Source of the DNA: Euprymna scolopes
Lineage: Eukaryota
Length of the DNA: 54,105 bases
NCBI GenBank assembly: GCA_053919585.1
Contig: CM132807.1
Strand: one strand, 5' to 3'
The position numbers were made by a program, and so were the translations under genes. Within the stretch, counting starts at the first letter, position 1. Each line of letters starts with the position of its first letter. A model generated the notes under the pieces. That model saw only the letters and a program-made list of their open reading frames with translations, made no database searches and was not told the DNA's origin. Shown piece after piece: positions 28,904 through 41,761 of this stretch.

Positions 28904-31900
28904 TTTTATGCACATTTAAATGCTGACATGCATTAGCAGTAATACTGTGTTTTTCACAAGGAATAGATGCAGAGTGAAAAGAATGCCCAAGCACAAGTTA
29001 TGATATCTCTGACCAGTACAGTGAAGACAATGCATTATTAGATATAATAAGGGCTACATATTTTTATGCAACTGGTTTTGGCAATGACAACAGTCTAGTC
29101 ATAAAAAATCCCTTGGCTGTAGCATTTCTGTTGTGATTCTTAAAACGGTGTGTATCTAATAGTAGAAGCGTCATTAACACATGATAGCACAAATACAGTT
29201 GTTCCCTCTCCTTTTCTTTGTAGTAACCACAGTAGTCGTCATCTTGAGTATAGAGTTGTCTGAGTTATATATCTTTCAGCTGAGTGTCAATTGTAGACAC
29301 GAAAATAGAAAGAATAACACACATTTATCCACTGTAGGTAATAATTCTATGTTGTTTAATTTTGTATACTTTTCGATATAGTATATAGTACATTTTACAT
29401 TTTTTTTACAGTACACATCGTCGTCTTCCTCAGTATCCCTCATAGATAGAGGGAATAAAATGTCAGAAACACATCTGTCCAGTTCAGTAGTCCAAATCCA
29501 AGAGGACAACAAGCTTCTCAACTGTCACATATCCATCCTATCTTGATTTCCTGTTTTCTTACAACGCTTCTATGGTGAGCTACGATGTTCACTCTTTCGC
29601 TGCCGGAAGTTCAAGTGCCCCGAAACGTTTTCTGCGCATGCGGCTAGAGGCGCCTTTTTACTAAATTACTTTAAAAATTCAATGTCTTGATTTTCTGACC
29701 AATCAGAGAATTTTCCAAGCTGTCGGAAATTCGGTGTCTGTGGGAGCCGATGAGAATCTTTAAAAGAGCTCTGTATTTTCAAAAAAAAAACAGTTAACAA
29801 AAATTCAGAGATAGTGTTGGAAGGCATATATCACTACTGTCTGCAACTCAACTCTAACACGACAACACTTTGAACATAACAGTCAGCTAATCAGACAATG
29901 TAGGCGAACACACAGACGTAGAAACAGTAACTAACTTTTGCATTCCCCCTTTTATTATCGTATGCTCACTTGAAATTAAGTTTATAAAAATAATTATTTT
30001 AAAACTTCTCACATTTTTCAATGAACCTTCCAGAGTGATTAATTAACTCTACTCAAAAACTTTCAGTGAAAATTATTTTATATAGTTGAGTGAGGAAGTT
30101 TTCTTTACGATTTACAGACCCGTGAACTAATCACGGCTCTTGAATTATCAACTCAAACTTCCTCGAAATCTCAAACTAATTTCCCCCTTTTGTTCACTCA
30201 TAAATGAACTATTATTTTCAATGAAAATATTTCCTAAAATGTAATAAATCTTTTTCCTTTTTATAAATTGAGAGTTAACCTTGTTTGTTATGTTGATATA
30301 TTTTCTAATCTCGTAAATTCAACTCTCTGTCTCGCTCTCTTTACTTCTTTTCTCCACAATAATAATATTAATTAATAATACATAAACAATAGCAAAAAAA
30401 GGAAGAGGCCAAACTTCCTTCGCCCCTTTAACTTAATTTTTAACCATAACTTCCAAGGAGAAATATCCTGCCTGCATCACGTTTATCACTCTCTTTTCAA
30501 TCTTAGTTCTCAACTCTGGATCTAACCATTTTTCATTGTTATATAATTCAAAATATTCCACGGACAATTCTGCTATGTATTTATACATTCTTATTTATTC
30601 AGTCACTTGTGTATTTTTGCATTGTCACAAAACTTTAGATTTCTTGTTTAGGATTCAGTTTTTCTAATTGTCTTCTTTGTATACCTTTCACGCATTAATT
30701 TGATCTTAACCTGACTAGAATATATGCCAACAAATAAAAAATCCCTATCAGACAAAAAGTCTTGACTAACTAAATAATTGGCAGACAATAAACTTACAAA
30801 GAAAGGAAGACATCATCAAATGGAATAATCCAACAAGTTTAATGCACTGTACCTTTTCTTATGACACACAGAATGTTTTTTTTGTTAATTCTGAAATATT
30901 GCCAACTTATTAATACATTACCAATTTGGAACTGCTGACTTACTTTGGTCTGTAAGAAAAAGAAAAGAGAACAAAATAAAATATTGTGAAAAACGTTTGC
31001 AGGCAAAACTATCCAATAAGATAGATGTAGTATAGGCAGTGACCTAAAAATGCTACCCATGTAATCATTAATCCAAGTCACCAACCTTTCTGTATTCCAA
31101 CCATATTTGGTACAAATAAACTTCAGTTTATTTCTTACTTGTCCACCAAGTTCCAATTATAGTCTTTACTTTATTGCAGTTCTATGAGAAGCACACCTGG
31201 ATACGATGTGTAAAATTGTAAATAACTTTGACATTATTTTCTTAGCATTGTCCTAATATTGGCTGTGATTGCCCTCTTCAATTCTTTTTTGATAGATATT
31301 ATCTTTAAAATTAATGTACAGATAACAAGCAGGGTGTGTGTGTAAGATCCAGTAAGTGTAAAATCCATTCTGGATCACACCTCCAGCTGAATGAGATGAT
31401 CACTAAAATGTCCCACCACATCATTAAACAGCAATAAAACAAAGACTGTTAAACATTTATGACTGAAATTAACTGAATAATCAGGCATAAACTAAAATTG
31501 ATTTCTACCAAATATGGTTGGATTGCAGAAAACACTGTGAATGTAATTAACGATTCCTTGAGTGGAATATTTTTTTGGGGGGGGGGTGAGAAATCACTAT
31601 GTATTTATATAATAATTCAGAAATAATTACAGCAAATATTGTATTAAAATGATGACTTCCTTGAATCAAACGTTTTAATCAAATTGTTGCAGTAAAAAAC
31701 GAGTTAAAATCTTTGTTATTTTTTTAAGAGAATATGACAATTTTGTTACAGAAGTTTTGAGATGAGGATTGATAAATTGTATTATTTGTATTATTCGGAT
31801 TACGGTTCTTATTTTGGATGTTATTCTCGCCCTTTTTCAGCCGATATAAATTCCAACCATCTTCAGGTGCGTCTTATTGAACTCAGGAATGTTTATGTAA

Positions 31901-33643
31901 AACTCCAGAAACTGTATGGAATTTTGAATAGATTTGATTGATTTCAACGCTGGTCAAATGGGTCAGCATATTTACATTGAGGAGAGTACAAATATGGTAA
32001 GTTTATCAGAATACATTATGTATAAGTACTTGGAAAATAAGCATAACAACACACAAGAACAAAAGGCTAATGATTGATACTCCAGTCTATATGTGACAAT
32101 AATACTCAATAGATGAGCGAATGATGACTTTTATAGATATAGAATATTGGCAGGTGTGAGAAGTTTTCTAGCCTGGTAGAGAGAGCCTACCTTCTTTGTT
32201 GCAGACTTCATATTGCCTGAGAATGTCAGGCTGATGACTTTAAACAAACTCTCTGAAAAGGTACGATCATCCACAGCAATCAGTGGTTGGAAAGCTCCAT
32301 GCTACTATATACTGGAGATTATTTTCCAAGGCTTCAATCATTGCCCTGTCTTATATGGGCATTCGACTTGGACTTATGGTGAGAATAGAATATAGTGGCA
32401 TCAATAAATACGTCCATATCAGACGTGATTGCATTAGGGAAATCATTTATAAAGATAAAAAATAACATAGTTCCAGATACCATCCCTGAGGCATGTACAC
32501 ATTATTGTGGTGTTGAAAACTCTCTGGATCTTTCTTTTAACTAAGAAAGATTTGATTATATCAAATATTTGTTCAATAATACCATATGAATTGATTTTCT
32601 TAAGAAGATACTAATTTTAATCAAAATGCTTGAACTAATTTTTAATAAAAAATCCGAAAAATCTCACAATATATGATATGGATATACTGATCAATTTCTC
32701 TTGAACATTTCATCGCATGGATCACAAAAATATCCTTGTAAATTTGGTTTTGCCATTATTTCCGAATTCATCCTGTTTATTTTTAAAACAATCTACACTA
32801 GAACTTTTTGATTCTTTGGACTGCTATTCTTGTCCCGGTTGTTATTTGGACAACATTTTTTAACCTTCAACATTATGTAATCTTCTTAAGATGTGATGAA
32901 TCGCACAACCTTCTGAAGGTTGACGGTTTATTCAATTCAAACAATAATTTTGAAGCTCCTACAATTCAAACAATAATTCTGAAGCTACCCAAGTTTTCTT
33001 GCTAGTAAAGTAGTGAAACCTAAGGATTCCAACCTATTTTTATAATTTAGATAATTTATTTTTTTATTAGCCTAATCCAATTTTCAAATGAAAATATTTT
33101 GTCTTTAGATAAATATGGAAAAAATACTTACTGCATCCAACTTTTTCATCAGAGCAAAGAGGACAGTCACATTTTCCGTCGCATTCAAATGCTTTTGTAC
33201 AAGGAATCTCTGTAAAAAAATAAATAAATTATTAAATTGTATTGAATTATAAATTAAATCTTTTGTAGAGGACCCAAGCCACTAACAAAAAATAAGTTTT
33301 CCTAAAAATATAGTCTCACCAATCATGGGGCTGGGAATAAACAAAGAAAGTTATAATTGAATACAATTAATGATGAAAATGAAGAAAGAGTATATAAACT
33401 TGATCACAAAACAGCTGCTGGTATAAACAGAGCATGGAGAGGAGAAGATTCCACTAGTAAGTGGACAGTAGGAAACTGGTTTCAGAAAGTTTGTAATTAT
33501 AATGAGAACTTTGAAACTGAAGGTTATCAATCCCATAAACTAGATGGTAGATATCTCAACCATGGCAACAATGGAAATATGCAATATTAGCAGTTCAGCC
33601 CGGCTTTGCTCGGGCCCTATGTACTGTTCATAACTTTATGCGC

Positions 33644-33697
<54 letters not shown>

Positions 33698-36600
33698 TTG
33701 ACTCATGTCCAGGTAATCTACATTTAAAATTTCAAGTATTTAGACCCAAAATTGGCAGAGGAGTTTGGTAGAGTTTACAATGGTCAACTCTTTCAACTTT
33801 GATCTCTTGGCAGCCAAATTTTCAGCCAAAAACCAATTAAAAAGATTGCCCTATGTCTGAATACACTTTATGTAAAATTTCAAATGTTTAGACTAAAAAT
33901 TGATTAAGTAATTTGGTAGAGACCGCAGAGGTAATTTTTTTAAAACTGTGACCTGAATTTTGACCTCTTAACATTTATTGTTTTGGGCTCAAATTAAATT
34001 TAAAAGTTTGATCCATGTCCAAGTAACTTACATCTAAAATGTCAAGTGTCTAGACCCAAAATTGCCAGAGGAGTTTGGTAGAGTTTTAGTAAAATCGTTG
34101 AACTTTGACCGCTTGACAGCCAAATTTCTGGCTGAAAACCGATTAAAACGATTTTTCCAAATCTCAATACCCCTTATGTCAAATCTCAAGTCTGTAGACT
34201 GAAATTTGACAGAGTAATTTGGTAGGGAAATGTACACACACAGGCACAGCCAGACAATTCCACTTTTATAGATATATAGATATAACATAAATATTACACA
34301 GATCGTCCATTCTCTCTACTCTTATTAATGTAAAATGACAACCTACGGCATGATATAGATAATGACAATAGTAAAAAATAAACATAATCCACTACGACCA
34401 TCTGAATTCATAAGAGATGATTCTCAAATTACATGTTCCTATGTTTAATATGTAAAACTAGATATTGAACATGGATGGATGTCTATCATATTAGAATAAA
34501 CTGACAGATTATGGCATAATATTGATACATAGGTACTGACAATCATTTAAGAATATAGTAAAGGACAAACATGCATGTTTTCCAATAAATGTTTGAAAGC
34601 TTCAAAGCAATTGTTTAACAAAACTCACATCGAATGTCAGAGAATTTGATGTCAGTATTTCAATGGTGTCTGACCACTTGGAGTAAACTTGTAAAGTATG
34701 ACAGCAATAAATGAATTTTATGTGAACTCAATGAATAAATGTTTGTTTCTGAAATCACTTATTTTCTCAACAATCTAATTATAATTCATCATTCTTTTGC
34801 TATATCACAGAAGTTGAGAAAATGTTGAGTCTGGCCAGTACCAAATCTATGACCATTTAAGAATACCAGGTGCTGTATGTGGGAGGATGGCGAAACTTCC
34901 TTGCAAGAACATTCAGCCCAATGATGCTTTTAGCAAGTACTTCAGTATAACTTGCTAATGCACACGTGCTAACACAATGAAACAACTACACCTTGAGTGG
35001 AAGTTTTGTTTTCAAACATGTGATGAAGTTTCTCAGAAAAAGTATGCAATCCGTTTCTTTTTTTAATTAGTAAAATAGCAAAGTTGTACTTACCACAAAC
35101 ATTACAGCATTCTCCATCAACAGATACTTCGACATGCGGATATTTGCACTCCACCTTACAGACCTCTGTTTCACAATTGACACTATTTGGTGCCATACAA
35201 GTGCAGTTTTTACAAGGGTCGACCTTCCATGTTTCATTCACCTAAATGAAATTAATTAAATTATAAATATGATTTGCTTTCACAATGCATATTAATTAAT
35301 CATTTAATACCTTTCTTTTATCAGTTTAATCCCTGAAACAACAGTAAATTGTGTTTGACATTGCAAGCCAATCAAAATCTATATTTTTCAGATATTCCTA
35401 TTTACCTTATTTCCCAAACGTTTCAACTATTCAAGCTCTCTTTACGTTTAATCATCCGAGGAACAGCAGATAAGTGTAATGTCCAAATAAAAAAAAATTA
35501 TCCATACACAGGTGATCTCATGCAGCATTTCCAGTAAAATCAATAAGTACAAACATATTTATCTTTAACTCCATTAAAAATGTCCCTGCTTAAATATGAA
35601 ATTGAGCTCATGAACTCCAGATATTTTGTCAAGATTATAAAAGTAAAGGACAAAATACCAGAATAAAACTAATAGAATCTTGAGGTCAAAGGCTGTTTCC
35701 ACATTTCATGGTGCTTCACTTCAGACTCCTCGCACGGTGTGGACCACTAATCTTCATCTTATTATCTCATCAACTTCAAGTGTCTCTTGTTAAAGAACAA
35801 TTAACTATTCTGTTTTCTTTTTTTGTTGTTTTGATCACTGCAATTCCTGCACATAACAGCCACTACAGTAAACTTAACACCAAATTTTATCATAGTAAAG
35901 AGTTCACCTCAAAATATTTTCCTACTTTTTCCTAAGAGTATATATGGATGTTGTATATCAGGACAAAAATGTATAACCTTTGTTATTTCGTATTCCCTTA
36001 TTTCTTTTGTATGTAATAGCTCTGCATGGTCATACATTGGAGCGATTTCCCTCATTTGGGGACTCCTTATCTATTGGGCTAAACAACTTGTAACACCAGC
36101 CAATCGTATTGCTGCTGTGTTGCATCCCTTTTCTTGTTTTATAAGTGCTTCTACATAATGTACTCCAATAAACTTGCTGCACTTGTATCCCCCTCAATGT
36201 AAATATCTCGACTCACCTGACTATCAGTAAAATAACATACTTTACTGTCGAGATCTTTAGATACTGAAAGATTTTCTACTCTCACAGCTTTTTCTTTAAA
36301 TCACTTGCATTTGGAATTCTCTCCCTACTCCCTGTTTCCCCGACCATGCAAAAAAATTAAATGTAATGCAAACAAACATTTTGCAGCCCAACTTCCTATC
36401 CAGGTTGCTCCATATAAATCTGGCTCCTGTCACAGTAGTGCTTTATGCGGGAGTAGCAATATACCTTGTTCGGTGTGAACAAAAGTAAAAACCAAATTTA
36501 CCTCCACTACACGAATATGCAAGAAAACTCCTATAATACTTATACTTTAACTAATGATAAATTGAGCTTTACTTTCAGAAATATATATCATTTATATTTA

Positions 36601-37539
36601 CCGCCTTGCATTCCATGAGATTTTCAACCAAACAGCCATCGTAGCAAGGAGGAACTGTTTGATTAGCAAAAGTAGTGGTTCCGAATGTATACATGGTACT
36701 GGTTGAAAACAATGTTGTTCCTTCAGTGCTTATTCTCGTTGAGGGTATAGATGTGGAAATTTTTGTTTGGGTCGTTGCAGTCGAACTAATGAAAAAAAAA
36801 AAAAATAATAAACAACAAATATATTAAATTTCTTCGCATAAAATGCTGATTTTTCATATAGAAGTTTTTGGACAATTGTATAATTAGAGTAAGAGGAAAC
36901 AATCTCATGAATGACGTGATGACAAAAGTTTGAAGAAATAACATTTGACTTTTTTTTGTCAGCAGTGATAATCTCAGGCAGAAGTTTATTTATCCTTGTC
37001 TCACTCAGGTTTCCCTCTCTCCCAAAAGCCTGCTCAAGCAAGAGGAAGAAGAGAATATATATTTTGTTATACTCTGACATCTATGAACCGTAACAAACTT
37101 ATGTTGTGTCTTATTAATAAGATCTTATACCAATTAATGTACATGCGTTTCTACAAATTGGATGGAGTTATTTAGCAGTGTGTATGGCTCGTGTTATGAC
37201 AAAGCAAAGACCACTCCTTACTTTTCTAATCAACAAGATTTTTTTATCCATATTATATAACATGTGAGGGATTAATTATAAAACTAACTGTATAAATAAG
37301 TACACTTCACAGCAAAAAACGTTCCTGGCGCATTTGTTATATCAATACGGTACTTGTAGGTTATCTGCCACTAAAATTTTCACTATCTTATGGTCTTTAC
37401 ATGAAGTAATTTGAATTTACGATGATGTCAACAGCCATCTTTAAAGTATGAAGCAAAACTAATTATAGACTCTCGACCCTTGCTCTGACACACTCAACTG
37501 CTAACTCATACTTAGGATTAGTGTTTGTGCTAATGGAAA

Positions 37540-37586
<47 letters not shown>

Positions 37587-37906
37587 ATTTTGTGTACAGA
37601 AAGTTGTTAGATGAGATAAGTCATTGGTACCGTCGGTTTCAAGCCCGATAATTTAGATAGTTTTAGATATCCATATCAAGCTCTCTTCAGCCAATACTCA
37701 TCACAGAGATGATTATTGGCTGAAGAGAGCTTGATATGAATATCTAAAATGGTCCTAAGTATCGGGCTTGAAATCAACGGTACCAATTACTTATCTCATC
37801 TAACAACTTTCTGTACATAAAATACAGTATATAAATACGCTCTTATTCTTTGGATTTTCCTTTTAATTGAGCACTCTATCGGATTTCTTTTTAAAAAAAA
37901 AAACTA

Positions 37907-37952
<46 letters not shown>

Positions 37953-38297
37953 AGTTTGTTTTTGAAATATCGTTAATTTCAATGTATACCGTTTTCGTTT
38001 AACGGGTCTAGATTGTTATTTTAAAAACCAGTCATTGCTAATTTTGAGTTAAGCTCAATGTATCTATTTAATAGATGCAGAGCATATACAGTGCAAAATT
38101 TTGTTGAAAGTTCAAAGACTCACGTTTTCTTTTTTTATAACCTTCGTTTATTTTCTGGATTTTTTTTTCCATTGCAGCTGTTTCGTTAGCGGGAAGGCAA
38201 TTTTACGATTTATGTGCCCATAAAAATATCCTGTCCCCACCACCTTCTTCAGATGTTTTTCCATTAGATTTTTACAACAACTTTCAACAAAATTTTG

Positions 38298-38360
<63 letters not shown>

Positions 38361-38892
38361 GCATTAATAAATTGTAAATTTATAAAAGTGTAGACAAGTG
38401 TATTATGACAAAAAGTTTGAAATTAAAATTAAAATGTGGTAGCAGATAAGCCACATGAATCGTGCTGATTTGTATGTACATATTTTGTAAAAATATTTCC
38501 TTGCAAAATCCTATTGGCAATTCAATCCTATAACACACAAGGACGTATAATATTAAATTCTCAATTTAAAATTCTCTTCTAAAGCCTTGTTATAGTAAAT
38601 CTTAAAAGATGCAGTCTATTTAGCCAATGCTAAAGAATAATGAAACGCATTCTGTAGAAAAGTGTCCTCTTTTTACTAATTTAGTGTTAATTAATTTATT
38701 ATGTAAAATGTTGGCAAAATATTACTGTGATTATGATAAGTAATGAAAATGGTACTATTTTACAATCATGATGAGCTAAGTGCTTTAAAAATGAGTACTT
38801 AGAGTTAAAATAAACAGATATGCCAATCATGTTAGGACCATAGGACCATATCTAAGGTCAGTAGCAGATTATAGACCTTTTCAGAAATATAT

Positions 38893-38947
<55 letters not shown>

Positions 38948-39851
38948 CTCTTTTCCATCTTGGAAGTGCTTATCAAGAACATTAACTGCCTCATGAATTG
39001 GGGGTGATTGTAAAAGGAGGTGGACTTTCTTTTGTTAGCTGACTCCTCATCCAGTGACTATTTTTATGTCAGATACTAATCCGTCATGCATAGAAAGGTG
39101 TTCCATTTTACTAATTAAGTATTAATTAATTTATTATGTAAACAGTGTTAAAAACTTAATTTGGTTATGATTAGAGTAATAAAAATTGTAATATTTTACA
39201 AATATAAATGGCTTTGAAAAAGAGTTTACATTTAAAATCCATACTAAGATGTGGTGATAATCATGTTAAGGTCATATCTAAGTTCAGCAACCAAGTATGA
39301 CCATGTTAAACAGATAAGGAGACAAACCGAGAGAGACGGGGTGGGGGTGAAAGGGCGTGAGACAAATATCACCTCTATCGTGCTTATTAGATTTATAGAG
39401 AAGGTTGTGGTTAGGCTACCATTTTATCTTTACATAGAGAAATAAAACAATAATCCTAAAATAGTGGAAGCATTATTTTTAATATTCTGGATACATTTGC
39501 ATTTTAAGTACTAGCAGAACAAACCTTATAAGATATTAAACAAAATAAAATAAAATAAATAAATAAATATAATAGAAGACTTTAGCACAAAAGCGGTTAG
39601 GATTATCTCGTATTGAAATAGTGTCTCCTAACATGCAGTCTGAAAAAATGTACACTTCACATAGGCGGCATTAAATTTAGCGTCCTTTAGCCACCAAGAA
39701 AACAAAACAAAATAAATAAATACATTACAATATTTACCTTTCTAGCTTCTATTCAAAGATATTTTTTTCTTCTCCTACTTTTCCAAGAGGCTGCTTTCAA
39801 TGCAGTAAAGTTTCCCTTCTACAGAGCCTTGTATTCGGAGTGTGTGCTTAG

Positions 39852-39919
<68 letters not shown>

Positions 39920-41694
39920 GGAGGGGGACTGGGTGACCTCATGGTCAGCTACTCGGCTAGCATGGTTTACAGGATTTCAGTTTCGTTCTAGTATGCAAGG
40001 CTACCTTTTTATTTTTATATATTGAAATAAAACAATAATCCTAAAATAATGGAAGCTTTTTTTTTAATATTCTAAATACATTTGCATTGAAATGAATGGC
40101 TCTCATCTTGGGAAAGCTATATGTTTTGACAAGCTTCCGGGCTTGACTTTTACTCCCGATCTGAAATGGAACACGTACGTCAAATCCATTGCCAAGATCG
40201 CTGGAAAAATGGTGGCCTCCTTCTATCGATCCAGTAGATATGTCATTGCTAATGCAATTCTCTACCTATATAACAGCCAGGTACATCCAAGAATGAAGTA
40301 CTTTTGCCACATCTGGGCAGGTGCTGTTAGAAAACCCTATCCTGTCTTGAGTTCAAAATAGACTTCCTTGTCTAGTAGGGGATGTCCTTTTCTCTTCCCT
40401 GCAACCTCTTTCTCACAGAAGAGACGTTGCGAGCCTGTCTCTGCTTTATCATTATTTTCATGGCAAGTGCTTGTCTGAGCTCCAATCTATGGTCCCCCCT
40501 CGCCAAACTTTCACGAGAAACACTCGTCTAACTGAAAACACTATCAATAATTTTCCCTACTCCTTATCTGTGCCTAAACCTAAACGTAGATTCCATGAAC
40601 AAAGTTTCTTTCTTAGAACGACACACCTGTGGAACTATATTCCGTTTGCTTGCTTTCCAGGTGACTACAATATGGCCGTCTTCAAGTTCAATGCAAACAA
40701 GTTCTTGATGTACAGTTCCATATAAGTTAACAAATTTACCAAATCTCCACTACTAACGATTACTATATTTCTGATATTGTACACTCTTTAACCCTTATCC
40801 TTGGCCTTGATAAGTGATAACTCCTATGTAAAAAAAAAAATCATGTTGAATATGATAGAATACATATAAAGATTAGACTATTTTGTTATGACTGGTTATA
40901 ATTAAACTAAGAAATAAATATATCTTACCAGTCTCCTTCTTTACAGGTGATATTTCCAAAGAGACACGTGCAAGTGACACATGGAATAACATTGCCGTTA
41001 CTGTCAGTTTGATCGAAGACACTCCCATGCTAAAAAGGAAAGCAGTATTCATTTATTTTTTTAACCATCTATGGAAGTTTCGGTAAAAGAAAAACTTTAT
41101 GCAAAAACAATTTTAGTAAAGAAATACGATGTCTATTGAAGTGAGTGATTAAACTGCTTACACTCTTTAAAATATTCAAACACATTGTCTCTAATTTTTA
41201 TGTGTTTAAAATTTCTGATTGTCAATAATAATATGTAAAAACGTAATTGATGATTATCTGATGTCCCCGAGTGCCACGTATTAACACTTTTTCATTTTCT
41301 ATGTAATTGTTTAAAAATAGAATAGGACGTTGTGAATAGAATTTAGTTGCCTTTAGGTTATTTGGAAAATACTGTCTGATTTTTCTTTTACTCACGTTAA
41401 AACTGTTAACTTAATTTGCTATTTTTGTAGTGTTTCATACGAGATTTTACATGTTTAAGAAATGCATATACTTTTCTTGCATGCTTTCAAATTCGGTAAT
41501 AATTCTGCCCAAACAGTCGCCAATACCAACAGAACATGGCGAGATAACTTCACAAGTGATTGCACAATAGGAAGATGGTATCCAAAATTCGGTAGTGGAA
41601 ATAAGAGTCTTGAAAATGAAGAAGTTAGAAGACAACCATGCGCTCTTGATAATCTAGACTGAAAACAATTTCATCACTTTTCAACAAATTTAGG

Positions 41695-41761
<67 letters not shown>

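Larger units (their letters stand above)
37586..37824. repeat. Long inverted repeat (117-nt arms, 5-nt spacer) between (TA)n tracts
   Basis: Arms 37586-37702 and 37708-37824 are reverse complements with about 12 mismatches by hand count. Confidence 0.95.

Noticed and set aside
36730-37080. 116-aa minus-strand ORF
   Set aside because: Mostly intronic, and overlaps exon h in a different frame.
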